In this document: piece by piece, positions 19,655-29,098 of the stretch
Layout of the letters: every line of letters starts with the position of its first letter
Position numbering within the stretch: the stretch's first letter is position 1
NCBI GenBank assembly: GCA_045564455.1
Contig: JBJLHG010000002.1
Span: 319,106 to 383,105 of the forward strand
DNA length: 64,000 bases
Direction of reading: 5' to 3'
From: Gammaproteobacteria bacterium
GTDB lineage: Bacteria > Pseudomonadota > Gammaproteobacteria > Magnimaribacterales > AG-339-G14
Made by a program: the position numbers and the translations under genes
The notes under the pieces: generated by a model
Seen by the model: the letters and a program-made list of their open reading frames with translations, nothing else
What the model was told of the DNA's origin: nothing
The model's database searches: none

Positions 19655-21811
19655 TTAAGAGCTCCTTAATTCAGTTGGATTTTGGTTGTGTATTCTTGAA
19701 ACAGACAAAACTTGTTTAAGTCTTCTAATTCTTCTCATAACTCTTGCTAAATGGATTCTATCTTTAACATCTAAAATGATATACATCTGAACACTGTTAC
19801 CAACTGGCGGATCCATTCTAAAGCTTTCAATATTAGATCCTATATTTGAAATTGAAGCCGATATTTCAGCTAATAAACCCGGTCGATCTTCTGATAAGAC
19901 TTTAATCTCAGCAGGAAAGTCACCTTCAACTTCTTCTTCCCATTTAACTGGAGAGCAAAGAGCAGGATCTTTTCTTATTGAAACCATGTTTTTACATCGC
20001 TCTGTATGAATTACTATGCCTTTGATATTTGAATTGTGAGCGATAATATTATCTCCAGGTATAGGTTTACAACAAGCAGCATAAGTTATTATTAGACCTT
20101 CTGAACCGCTTATTTTAATATTAGAAAACTCTATCAAATCTTTCTGATCATAATCAAGAAACTGTATTATTTGATTTGCAACTACAAGGCTTGATCTTTG
20201 CCCAGATCCTATTTGTTCAAGCAGCTCTCTCACGCTTGCAACATTAATAGAATCTAATAGTTTACTCATCCTTGCTTTAGGAACATTTCTTAACTTGATA
20301 CGGTGAGGTGCAAGCGATTGTTCTAAAAGAGCTTTCCCATATTTTCTTGACTCAGATGCTTTAAAGTTTTTCATAGAGTGCCTTATGGCACTCCTTGCTC
20401 TAGAAGTTCTGACAAATTCCAACCAAGCTGGATTAGATTGGGGATATTTATCGGTAATTATATTTACGGTTTGACCGCTTTCCAAAGGAACACTCAGTGG
20501 AGCTAAATTTTTATTTATTCTGCAACCTTTACAATGAATACCAATATCTGAATGAACTGCAAATGCAAAATCTAGAGGCGTAGATTCTTTTGGAAGCTCT
20601 ACAATGTCACCCTTTGGAGTGAATACATATATTTCATTAGGAACCAATCCTGTTTTTATCACTTCTATAAAATCTTGCGGGTCATCTGCATTTTTTTGAA
20701 CTTCCATTAATGTGCTGACCCATCTTCTTGCTCTAGATTGAGCAGGATTATCTTTTTGTCCAGTTTTATAAAACCAATGAGCTGCTACTCCAAACTCAGC
20801 TAACTCATCCATATCATTCGTTCTTATTTGAATTTCTACAGGCAACCCATCGAAAGTCATAATTCCAGTATGCAAAGATTGATAAGAATTAGATTTAGGA
20901 ATAGCAATATAGTCTTTAAATCTTCCTTCAATAGGTTTAAAGGTATTATGGAGTATTCCAAGTGCTTTATAGCAATCCATTGCATTATCTAGGGTTATTT
21001 TAAAAGCATAGACGTCTAGAACCTCATCTAAAGATTTAGATTGTTTTTTCATTTTTTTAAAAATCCCATATAGATGCTTTCTTCTGCCAGTAACTTGACA
21101 CATCAAGTTATACTCTTTCATCTTTTCAATAATTGAATATTCAATTTTAGAAAGAATTTTTTTTCTTCCTCTTGTTTTTTTATTAATAGCATTTTTTAAA
21201 ACCTTGCTTCTATATGGGTTCAAAACCCTAAAAGCTAAATCTTCTAGCTCCCTATATATCTGATGCATTCCCAGTCGGTGAGCAATCGGAGCATAAATTT
21301 CAATAGTTTCTTGAGATATTCTTTTTTGTCTTTCTATGCTTAAAAAATTTAACGTTCTCATGTTATGTAATCTATCTGCAAGCTTTAAAACAATAACTCT
21401 AATATCTTGAGACATAGCTAAAACCATTTTTTGGAAATTTTCAGCTTGTTCTTCTTTTTTTGAATTTAAAGAAATTTTATCTAATTTACTTACCCCATCG
21501 ACTAATTCGGCGACATTGGAATTAAATTCTTTTTTAAGGAATGATTTAGGTATACCTGAATCTTCTATTACATCATGAAGCATTGCAGCAGTTAGACAAT
21601 CTTCATCCATTTGAAATTCAGCTAGAATCTCTGCAACAGCTACTGGGTGTGTAACATATGGATCTCCGCTTGATCTGAATTGACCAGAATGAGCATTTGT
21701 AGCATACAAATAAGCTTTATTAACTTGTTCAAGTTGAATAGTGTCTAAATACTTACTTAGATTATTAGTAAGGCGATTTATAGCTTTGTTCTTTGCAACC
21801 ATAGTTAGCAA
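19655..21811 (-). CDS. spoT: Bifunctional (p)ppGpp synthetase/hydrolase SpoT
   Basis: 718 aa with an HD hydrolase domain (HPVAVA..LHDVIED), a synthetase domain (GRRKHLYGIFKKM, YQSLHT), and TGS and ACT domains. Downstream of rpoZ. Confidence 0.92.
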   Translation of the reverse strand: MLTMVAKNKAINRLTNNLSKYLDTIQLEQVNKAYLYATNAHSGQFRSSGDPYVTHPVAVAEILAEFQMDEDCLTAAMLHDVIEDSGIPKSFLKKEFNSNVAELVDGVSKLDKISLNSKKEEQAENFQKMVLAMSQDIRVIVLKLADRLHNMRTLNFLSIERQKRISQETIEIYAPIAHRLGMHQIYRELEDLAFRVLNPYRSKVLKNAINKKTRGRKKILSKIEYSIIEKMKEYNLMCQVTGRRKHLYGIFKKMKKQSKSLDEVLDVYAFKITLDNAMDCYKALGILHNTFKPIEGRFKDYIAIPKSNSYQSLHTGIMTFDGLPVEIQIRTNDMDELAEFGVAAHWFYKTGQKDNPAQSRARRWVSTLMEVQKNADDPQDFIEVIKTGLVPNEIYVFTPKGDIVELPKESTPLDFAFAVHSDIGIHCKGCRINKNLAPLSVPLESGQTVNIITDKYPQSNPAWLEFVRTSRARSAIRHSMKNFKASESRKYGKALLEQSLAPHRIKLRNVPKARMSKLLDSINVASVRELLEQIGSGQRSSLVVANQIIQFLDYDQKDLIEFSNIKISGSEGLIITYAACCKPIPGDNIIAHNSNIKGIVIHTERCKNMVSIRKDPALCSPVKWEEEVEGDFPAEIKVLSEDRPGLLAEISASISNIGSNIESFRMDPPVGNSVQMYIILDVKDRIHLARVMRRIRRLKQVLSVSRIHNQNPTELRSS

Positions 21812-21841
21812 AGTTTAACAAATAAAGGATTTAACTAAAGA

Positions 21842-22102
21842 CTAGACTTCGTCGTCTGATATTAACTGTTCTGAAAGTTCTTCTTCGAGCGCATCAAAAT
21901 TAAAGCTATCAATATTTTCAAAAGTTACTGTACCTGCAGCAATTTCTCTTAAAGCAACAACTGTAGGTTTATCATCTTCTGGATCTAGCGTGGGTTGTCT
22001 GCCATCAACTGCAAGTTGCTTAACTCTTTTAGCAGCAAGTTTTACCATTTCATAACGATTTGGAATCTGTTTTAAACAATCTTCTACTGTAATTCTTGCC
22101 AT
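21842..22102 (-). CDS. rpoZ: RNA polymerase omega subunit
   Basis: 86 aa starting [28 protein letters not shown]. Confidence 0.95.
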   Translation of the reverse strand: MARITVEDCLKQIPNRYEMVKLAAKRVKQLAVDGRQPTLDPEDDKPTVVALREIAAGTVTFENIDSFNFDALEEELSEQLISDDEV

Positions 22103-22143
22103 AATAATTTTTTTGAATTTGGATTCTACTTAATTAATTAATA

Positions 22144-22767
22144 TTAATCTAGTAAGTTCTTAATTAACTCTGAGGATACCCTTGAATTAAATTTCCTAGA
22201 ATCGATATTTTCAAAAACAATCTTTTTTAACTCGATTAAAGCTTGAGTAAATTCATCGTTTAAAATTAAAAAATCGAAGTCTATGCATTTTGAGATTTCT
22301 TTCTTGGCTTCTGAAAGACGTTTTGTAATTATTTCTTCAGAATCTAAATTTCTTTTATTAAGTCTTGCTCTTAAATCTTCATAGGAAGGAGGTAATAAGA
22401 AAATAGAAAGAGACTTAGGAAATATTTTTTTTATAATTTCAGCTCCTTGCCAATCTATCTCCAAAAAAACATTGCTTATCTCTAACCTAGAAAAAATAGT
22501 TTCTTTATCAGTGCCATAGTAATTTTCAAAAACCTGTGCATGTTCTATAAAGTCTCCTTTTTTAACTTTAGTTTTGAACTCTTCTATACCTATAAAATAA
22601 TAATCCTTTCCTTCCCGATCTCCTTTTCTTTTTTTTCTGGTCGTATGAGAAACAGACATCCATAATGAATTTGCTCTCGAGTCTTCAAATAAAGACTTGA
22701 GTAAACTAGTTTTCCCTCCTCCCGAAGGACTAGAAATTATAAAAAGTTTGTGGCGATTTTCATTCAT
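22144..22767 (-). CDS. gmk: Guanylate kinase
   Basis: 207 aa with P-loop SSPSGGGKTSL, SHTTR and the YYF motif. Confidence 0.93.
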   Translation of the reverse strand: MNENRHKLFIISSPSGGGKTSLLKSLFEDSRANSLWMSVSHTTRKKRKGDREGKDYYFIGIEEFKTKVKKGDFIEHAQVFENYYGTDKETIFSRLEISNVFLEIDWQGAEIIKKIFPKSLSIFLLPPSYEDLRARLNKRNLDSEEIITKRLSEAKKEISKCIDFDFLILNDEFTQALIELKKIVFENIDSRKFNSRVSSELIKNLLD

Positions 22768-22796
22768 TAATGCAAGAATTCTTAAAAGTAGATTAT

Positions 22797-23351
22797 ATGC
22801 AACCTTTTCTAGAAAAAGCTATCGAATTAGAAGCACTTAAGTTTGGTGACTTTACCTTAAAGTCTGGCCTTAAGAGTTCTTATTTTTTTGATATTTCTGA
22901 ATTTTTTAAAAACGATGCTTTGAAAATGCTTGCCGATCTATACGTGAAAAAAATTCTTGAAGAGGAAATTTCATTTGATGCTATTTTTGGACCCGCTTAC
23001 AAAGGTATTCCTTTAGCAAGCGCAGTTGGAATAAGTTTTTTTGAAAAGACTGGAAAAAAAATAGATCTTGTTTTTGATAGAAAAGAAACTAAAGACCATG
23101 GAGAGGGTGGAAACATAATAGGGAACCTAAATCAAAAAAAAGTATTAATTATTGATGATGTCTTGACAGCCGGAACTGCTATTAAAAATAGCTTAGAAGT
23201 GCTAAAGAATGAAAATGCCTCATTGGCTGGAGTTATCGTCGCGTTAGATAGAGAAGAAAAAAACGAAAAAGGGGTTACATATAAAAACTTGTTAGAAATT
23301 AATGGAATAAAAATTTTTTCCATCGCTAATATATCTGACTTAAATATTTAA
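22797..23351 (+). CDS. pyrE: Orotate phosphoribosyltransferase
   Basis: Contains LKFGDFTLKSGLKSSYFFD and the PRPP loop VLIIDDVLTAGTA. I prefer the ATG at 22797 (MQPFLEKAIE.., aligning with E. coli MKPYQRQFIEF) over the track's 22770. Confidence 0.88.
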   Translation: MQPFLEKAIELEALKFGDFTLKSGLKSSYFFDISEFFKNDALKMLADLYVKKILEEEISFDAIFGPAYKGIPLASAVGISFFEKTGKKIDLVFDRKETKDHGEGGNIIGNLNQKKVLIIDDVLTAGTAIKNSLEVLKNENASLAGVIVALDREEKNEKGVTYKNLLEINGIKIFSIANISDLNI

Positions 23352-23354
23352 AAA

Positions 23355-23951
23355 ATGTTTACTGGAATTATTCAATCAGTCTCTCTTGATTCAACTTTTA
23401 AACAAAAACAATTTGGGGCAGAGCTGATATTAAAAGTAGAGCCGAGTTTTACAAAGGACTTAAAAATAGGCGACAGCGTTGCTGTTAACGGAGTTTGTCT
23501 GACTGTAACTCGTTTCAATAAAAATCAAATAAATTTCGATGTAATCCATGAATCTTTAAAAACAACAAATTTAAATAAAAATTTTAGAAAGTTAAATTTT
23601 AATTTAGAACGATCTTTAAAAATGGGAGATGAGATTGGAGGCCATTTAGTTTCAGGCCATGTTCATGAAATCGCTGAAGTTAAAAGTTTTAAAGAAGGGA
23701 AAGAAAGAATCTTAACTATAAATAAAACACCTAAAGTTAAAGACTACATATTTCAAAAGGGATATGTAGCTATTAATGGAATTAGTCTTACTGTTTCAGA
23801 TTCAAACGAAAACGACTTTAGCGTCTCTTTAATTCCTGAAACTATTAAAGCAACAAATCTATCTTTAACTGATAAAGGAGATTTTTTAAATATAGAAGCC
23901 GATCAACAAACAATCGCAATTGTTGAAACAGTAAAGAAAATTAAAAATTAA
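23355..23951 (+). CDS. ribE: Riboflavin synthase (alpha chain)
   Basis: 198 aa starting MFTGIIQ, with the duplicated lumazine-binding repeat (GDSVAVNGVCLTV / GYVAINGISLTV). Confidence 0.92.
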   Translation: MFTGIIQSVSLDSTFKQKQFGAELILKVEPSFTKDLKIGDSVAVNGVCLTVTRFNKNQINFDVIHESLKTTNLNKNFRKLNFNLERSLKMGDEIGGHLVSGHVHEIAEVKSFKEGKERILTINKTPKVKDYIFQKGYVAINGISLTVSDSNENDFSVSLIPETIKATNLSLTDKGDFLNIEADQQTIAIVETVKKIKN

Positions 23952-24397
23952 CTCAAAGACTTTTTGACGGCCTGGCTGATTAATCCAGCATCAGCCTTTC
24001 CTGCAGTTATTTCTTTAAGCTTGCTCATTACTTTGCCCATATCTTTCATTGAGTCTGCTTGAAGGTCTAGAATTACTTTTGCAACTATTTCAGATATTTC
24101 ACTTTCACTCATTTGTTCTGGCATGAATTCTTGGATAATTTTTATCTCTTTTTTTTCTTTATCTGCTAATTCAGACCTTTTGGCAGCTTCAAATTGGCTG
24201 ATGGAATCTTTTCGTTGTTTGATCATCTTTTCAAGTATTTGAATGCATTGATCATCTGAAAGATCTGATTTTATATTGATCTCTTCAGATTGAATTGATG
24301 AAACTATAAGTCTCAAAGTTGTAGTACGGAATTTATCTCCACTTTTCATAGAGATAATAACTTCTTTCTTTATAGAAGATTTAAGATCGGAAGGCAT
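23948..24397 (-). CDS. GatB/YqeY domain protein
   Basis: 149 aa helical, Lys/Glu-rich protein with the YqeY pattern (..MKSGDKFRTTTLRL....I...EI ... QRKDSI.QFE.A.R.ELA.KE..E). Lies next to rpsU, as is common. Confidence 0.8.
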   Translation of the reverse strand: MPSDLKSSIKKEVIISMKSGDKFRTTTLRLIVSSIQSEEINIKSDLSDDQCIQILEKMIKQRKDSISQFEAAKRSELADKEKKEIKIIQEFMPEQMSESEISEIVAKVILDLQADSMKDMGKVMSKLKEITAGKADAGLISQAVKKSLS

Positions 24398-24407
24398 GGA
24401 AAAAGTC

Positions 24408-24626
24408 CTAGAATCTAGCTCTTAGAGGGGGCATAGTGCCCATTTTGCGTCTTTTGGAAGCTCTTTTAACTGCTGCTGCAGCTTTTCTTTTTTTAACAGC
24501 TGTTGGCTTCTCGTAAAATTCTCTTTTTCTTACTTCTGCAATGACACCAGCTTTATCACAAGATCTTTTAAATCTTCTTAAGCCTGCATCAAATGATTCA
24601 GTTTCTTTTAATTTAATTATTGGCAT
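24408..24626 (-). CDS. rpsU: 30S ribosomal protein S21
   Basis: 72 aa with ..[33 protein letters not shown]. Confidence 0.95.
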   Translation of the reverse strand: MPIIKLKETESFDAGLRRFKRSCDKAGVIAEVRKREFYEKPTAVKKRKAAAAVKRASKRRKMGTMPPLRARF

Positions 24627-24714
24627 ACGTTATCTTTTGAGGGGCAATTCTATCGATGATTGGAAATTTTTGCAAAATATTTAGAAGTTAATATCTATCT
24701 GTTAAAATTTTTAA

Positions 24715-25737
24715 ATGTTGATATTAGGAATAGAGACTTCTTGCGACGAGACAGGGATAGCCTTATATGATGGAAAAAAACAAAAAATAGTTTTTGAGGC
24801 TTTGTATAGTCAAGCGGATCAACATAGTCTCTATGGAGGCGTTGTGCCTGAATTAGCTGCCCGAGATCATGTGAATAGACTTTTACCATTGTTACAGAAT
24901 GAAATATTTTCAAGAGATATAAATTTAAAAAATATAGATGCAATTGCCTATACAAAAGGTCCTGGCCTCAGAGGACCTTTATTAGTTGGAGCAGCTTTTT
25001 CTAAAGCCTTAGCATTCGCTTTAGAAATCCCTACATTACCTATTCACCACATGGAGGCTCATTTGATAATGGCTAAATTTGATGCACCCGAATTAAAATA
25101 TCCGTTTATGAGTCTCTTAGTTTCAGGAGGGCATTCCTTGTTAGCGAAAGTTGAATCTCCTGGAAAATATGAAATTATTGGAGAATCAATTGATGATGCA
25201 GTAGGGGAAGCTTTTGACAAAACAGCAAAACTTTTAGGTCTGAAATATCCTGGAGGCCCGGAAATTGAAAAAATTGCAAAAAAAGGAAAATTATCAGAAT
25301 TAGCTTTTCCAAGACCTATGATGAATTCAAAAGATTTAAATTTTAGTTTTAGCGGTCTCAAAACAGCGGTTTTATATGAAGTTAGGCGTCAGCAGGAGAC
25401 TAATTCATTGAATGATCAAAAAATAGCAGACATAGCTTTAGCTTTTCAAGATGCAGCAATTGATTGTTTGGTAGAGAAATCTTTGAAGGCTATGTTGCAA
25501 GAAAATTGCGACCAGTTGGTTTTGTCCGGAGGGGTAGCAGCAAACTCAGCGTTGAGAAAAAAATTTAAGATCAGATTAAAAGATAATCAAGATATATTTT
25601 ATCCAGATATGGCTCATTGCACGGATAATGGAGTTATGATTGCTTTCACAGGTTTTGAAAAATTAAATTTTAAAAATGAAGAGCACAAAATTTTGGTAAA
25701 TCCACGATGGAACTTAGAGGACTTAAATGAAAGATAG
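24715..25737 (+). CDS. tsaD: tRNA N6-threonylcarbamoyladenosine synthesis protein TsaD
   Basis: 340 aa with ILGIETSCDETG, HHMEAH and SGGVAAN. Divergent from rpsU, as in E. coli. Confidence 0.93.
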   Translation: MLILGIETSCDETGIALYDGKKQKIVFEALYSQADQHSLYGGVVPELAARDHVNRLLPLLQNEIFSRDINLKNIDAIAYTKGPGLRGPLLVGAAFSKALAFALEIPTLPIHHMEAHLIMAKFDAPELKYPFMSLLVSGGHSLLAKVESPGKYEIIGESIDDAVGEAFDKTAKLLGLKYPGGPEIEKIAKKGKLSELAFPRPMMNSKDLNFSFSGLKTAVLYEVRRQQETNSLNDQKIADIALAFQDAAIDCLVEKSLKAMLQENCDQLVLSGGVAANSALRKKFKIRLKDNQDIFYPDMAHCTDNGVMIAFTGFEKLNFKNEEHKILVNPRWNLEDLNER

Positions 25738-26080
25738 AGTTTTTATAGAAGATCTTAAAATTGAAACTATTATTGGAATATTTGGCTGGGAAAGAGAGGT
25801 TAAACAGGAAGTCAATATCAGTTTAGAAATGGAATTTAATATTGATAAAGCCGGAAAAACAGATCAAATTGAAGATGCTCTGGATTATAAAAAAATTGGT
25901 AAAGCTGTTATTGCTTTAGTAGAGAAATCATCTTTCTTCTTGGTTGAAAAAATGGCTACTGAAGTAGCTAAACTAGTTTTAAAAAATAAGAAAATAGATT
26001 CTGTTATGGTAACGGCATCCAAGCCTGGAGCCTTAAGGGGCTCAAAATCTGTGGGAGTTAAAATATTTAGAGAAAATTAA
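25727..26080 (+). CDS. folB: Dihydroneopterin aldolase
   Basis: 117 aa with IFIEDLKIETIIGIFGWER..Q and DYKKI, typical of FolB. Followed by folK. Confidence 0.85.
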   Translation: MKDRVFIEDLKIETIIGIFGWEREVKQEVNISLEMEFNIDKAGKTDQIEDALDYKKIGKAVIALVEKSSFFLVEKMATEVAKLVLKNKKIDSVMVTASKPGALRGSKSVGVKIFREN

Positions 26081-26082
26081 AT

Positions 26083-26559
26083 ATGGATATTTCGATTAGT
26101 TTGGGTAGCAATATTGAACCGTTTTCAAATATAAAAATAGCTGAAGATAATATTTCTGAAAATTTTACCATTTTAAAATCTTCAAATTTATATTTGAGCG
26201 ATGCAGAAGGCTTTGAAGGTAACTCATTTATAAATCAAGTTATTCTTTGTGAAACTCATCTTCCGTTCATGGATGTTATTCAACTTCTTAAAAAAATAGA
26301 AAAAAAATTAGGCAGAAGAAAAACTAAAGAAAAGTTTTCAGATAGAAAGATTGATTTAGATCTTTTAACTTATGGAGATTTAGTTTTCAAAGATGATAGA
26401 TATGAGATCCCTCATAAAGATATTGAAGAATATGCTTTTGTCTTGGTTCCGCTTGTAGAGGTTATGCCAGATAAAACTCATCCAAAATTGCAATTGAGCT
26501 TCAAAAATTTGTTAGCAAAGAAAAGTAATTTTTCGGAAAAAGTAAAAAAATTAGATTAA
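26083..26559 (+). CDS. folK: 6-hydroxymethyl-7,8-dihydropterin pyrophosphokinase
   Basis: 158 aa with IALGSN-like ISLGSN, R.IDLDLL.YGD, IPH and FVLVPL.E motifs. Confidence 0.88.
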   Translation: MDISISLGSNIEPFSNIKIAEDNISENFTILKSSNLYLSDAEGFEGNSFINQVILCETHLPFMDVIQLLKKIEKKLGRRKTKEKFSDRKIDLDLLTYGDLVFKDDRYEIPHKDIEEYAFVLVPLVEVMPDKTHPKLQLSFKNLLAKKSNFSEKVKKLD

Positions 26560-28142
26560 CAGATCTCTCCCAAAGCTCTAGCTCTTTCATATTTTCCAGA
26601 TTCTTCACTTGGAAGATATTTCATAGCAATAAGCAATAGAATAAGGCTTAAAATAAAGACTACACAAAGAACTGAAAGAGACAGGCCTAAAGCTTCAGCA
26701 GTTGTGCTTCCTTGCATAACGAATACATCTGCTACTTTTCCTGCTGTATATGGACCTAATGCTAGTCCAACTACGGAAGCCATTAAAATAAAAAACGCTG
26801 ACGCCATCCCTCTCATTCTCGGTAACACAAGATCCACAGCAGTAGCTACACATAAACCTACATAAAAAGTAGAAACAAATGACCAAGTGATGTGATAAAT
26901 ATAAAATTCTATAATCGAATTAGCTTGAAACTGTAAAATTAGTGATATTGGCGCAGTGATCACTGAAATGATTCCCACAACTATTCTTCCATTAATTAAA
27001 AACTTTCTCAAATAATCTGATAAAAGACCACCAAATAATAATCCCAAGAAACCGGCTATTGCACTTTGAAGGCCGAGATTTCTTCCGGCTATGGTTTTAG
27101 AAACATCAAAAGTTTCCATAAAATAAGTTGGTAAGAATGCACTGGTGGCATATCCTATAAAACTGAATAGAGGGAAAGCAATCATTATCAAAACCATAGT
27201 TTTTGATTTGAAAACTATTTGATATGAAACAGGATCTTTTATTTTTACATTTTGTATCCAGCTAAAAAGAGCATACATTCCCAGTCCAAATGCAGACCAT
27301 TGAAGCCAGTCAGAAGTTAAAAATCCCATAAGCGCTATCAATCCTAAAATTCCTAATTTAAATAAAATTTGAATATATATTTCTTTTGATGCAGATTTAT
27401 TTTTTATTAAATTGATTATTGAAACTATTGGAATAATGCCAGCAAGTAAAATTCCTGCTTCTTTAAATGGCTTATCAACTTTTTTAATAGCTATTTCTTC
27501 AGTATGACCTCTTTGAGGTTCTTTAATTGTTAAAACAAGTAATGCCACTATCAATCCTGGGAGACCAACTGATATGAATGCTACTTGCCAACCAACCAAA
27601 TCAAAAGGTGCAAGTTCTCTTAATGGATAGGTATTATTCCAAGAATCAGCAATCCATCCACCTAAAAAGATACCAATTCCCCCTCCGATATATATCCCGC
27701 TTGCATAAATTGAATAAACAGTAGTCTTAACTTTTTCAGAAAAATAATCTGCTAATAAAGAATAAGCAGCTGGACTAGCACTTGATTCTCCAACTCCAAC
27801 ACCAACTCTACAAACCGCAAGACCTATGAATCCTTTAGCAAGTCCTGATGCGGCTGTCATTAAACTCCACAAACCTACTCCTATGGAAATTAATTTTGTT
27901 CTATTCCATGAATCAGCCAGTTTTGCCAATGGAATGCCCATGATTGCATAAAAAATTGCAAACGCAGTTCCATAAAGAAAGCCTAAATCACTTAAAGAAA
28001 TCCCTAAATCTGCCTGGATATCTGGTGCTAAAATGGCAATAATTTGTCTATCTAAAAAATTAAAAATATAAACAACTAATAATAACGATAGAACATAGAA
28101 AGAATAAGGACTATCAAGCTTTGGTTTGAATTCTGAATTCAT
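26556..28142 (-). CDS. MFS transporter (large, at least 12 TM), substrate unknown
   Basis: 528 aa with the MFS signature around LADSWNRTK and many hydrophobic helices. Last gene of the kinase/dehydratase cluster, with a 3-nt gap. Confidence 0.8.
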   Translation of the reverse strand: MNSEFKPKLDSPYSFYVLSLLLVVYIFNFLDRQIIAILAPDIQADLGISLSDLGFLYGTAFAIFYAIMGIPLAKLADSWNRTKLISIGVGLWSLMTAASGLAKGFIGLAVCRVGVGVGESSASPAAYSLLADYFSEKVKTTVYSIYASGIYIGGGIGIFLGGWIADSWNNTYPLRELAPFDLVGWQVAFISVGLPGLIVALLVLTIKEPQRGHTEEIAIKKVDKPFKEAGILLAGIIPIVSIINLIKNKSASKEIYIQILFKLGILGLIALMGFLTSDWLQWSAFGLGMYALFSWIQNVKIKDPVSYQIVFKSKTMVLIMIAFPLFSFIGYATSAFLPTYFMETFDVSKTIAGRNLGLQSAIAGFLGLLFGGLLSDYLRKFLINGRIVVGIISVITAPISLILQFQANSIIEFYIYHITWSFVSTFYVGLCVATAVDLVLPRMRGMASAFFILMASVVGLALGPYTAGKVADVFVMQGSTTAEALGLSLSVLCVVFILSLILLLIAMKYLPSEESGKYERARALGEIC

Positions 28143-28145
28143 TTT

Positions 28146-28562
28146 CTATCCTATGAGGGCAGAGGCACTGCCCGTTATAACTGAAATTTTATTTTGATTT
28201 TCTGTTGTCACATCTAAAGTCACTAATGCTTTATTAGATTCAATTTTAATATCACTGATTACAGCTTTTGTAATTAAAGTATCTCCAGGCCAAACTTGGT
28301 TAGTAAATCTAACTCCAAAATTTTTTAAATTGCCATCTCCTACTAAATTAGTAAGCATTTTACCTGTAAGCCCCATAGTCAACATCCCATGAGCAAATAC
28401 TGAAGGGTATCCTACTGCTTCCTTGGCAAAAACTTCATCAGTATGAATTGGATTATAATCTCCAGAGGCTCCTGCATATTGAACGATTTGAGTTCTAGTC
28501 AAGTCTCTAACCACTTCTTCAGAAAACTCATCTCCAACAGATATTTTATTCTTATCCAGCAT
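28146..28562 (-). CDS. MaoC-like (R)-specific enoyl-CoA hydratase/dehydratase, catalytic subunit (HadB-like)
   Basis: 138 aa single hot-dog domain with the hydratase-2 motif YAGASGDYNPIHTDEVFA. Confidence 0.82.
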   Translation of the reverse strand: MLDKNKISVGDEFSEEVVRDLTRTQIVQYAGASGDYNPIHTDEVFAKEAVGYPSVFAHGMLTMGLTGKMLTNLVGDGNLKNFGVRFTNQVWPGDTLITKAVISDIKIESNKALVTLDVTTENQNKISVITGSASALIG

Positions 28563-28572
28563 TTATTACCTC

Positions 28573-29073
28573 TTAATTTTCAACTGTTTTTTCAGTAACT
28601 ACGCCAACAGATCTGGCAGTAACTACCAATTCACCTTCTTTATTTCTGAACTCAGTTATTGATTCACTGAACTTTAAAAGCCCAGCTCTCTTACTTTGCT
28701 TCTCCCATTTTTCTCCAGCAATAGACAAAGGAATTAAAACATCACCGGGATGAATAGGTAGATGATATTCAAAGTGTTGCTCAGCATGAAGAATATTATT
28801 GTTATTAGATGATTCTTCTTTAGAGCTTTGTTTTGACTTTAAAGCCCCAGAAGCTTCTTTTCCTGAACCAAACCATGGTTCACCTATTTTAGGTCTTAAA
28901 AAATAGTCAGGGTCAAATTGAGCGCCTGATTGAGTAAACGTTGGCGGAGCAATAATATTTTTATTATTGTCAGAAGAATAGTCCTCTTCATAATATATTG
29001 GATTTTTGTCCCCAATAGCTCTAGCAAACATCATGATATGACCTTTTTCAACAGGCATACTTTTTTTACTCAT
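28573..29073 (-). CDS. MaoC-dehydratase N-terminal-type hot-dog subunit, non-catalytic partner (HadA-like)
   Basis: 166 aa with FARAIGDKNPIYY but no D-x-N-P-x-H catalytic His motif. Lies 10 nt upstream of the catalytic subunit. Confidence 0.7.
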   Translation of the reverse strand: MSKKSMPVEKGHIMMFARAIGDKNPIYYEEDYSSDNNKNIIAPPTFTQSGAQFDPDYFLRPKIGEPWFGSGKEASGALKSKQSSKEESSNNNNILHAEQHFEYHLPIHPGDVLIPLSIAGEKWEKQSKRAGLLKFSESITEFRNKEGELVVTARSVGVVTEKTVEN

Positions 29074-29098
29074 TTCTTTCCCTCTTTATTTTTAATTT

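Noticed and set aside
24695-24955. 86-aa minus-strand ORF across the rpsU/tsaD promoter and the tsaD 5' end.
   Set aside because: It overlaps the strongly conserved tsaD N-terminus (ILGIETSCDETG), and its translation has no family resemblance.
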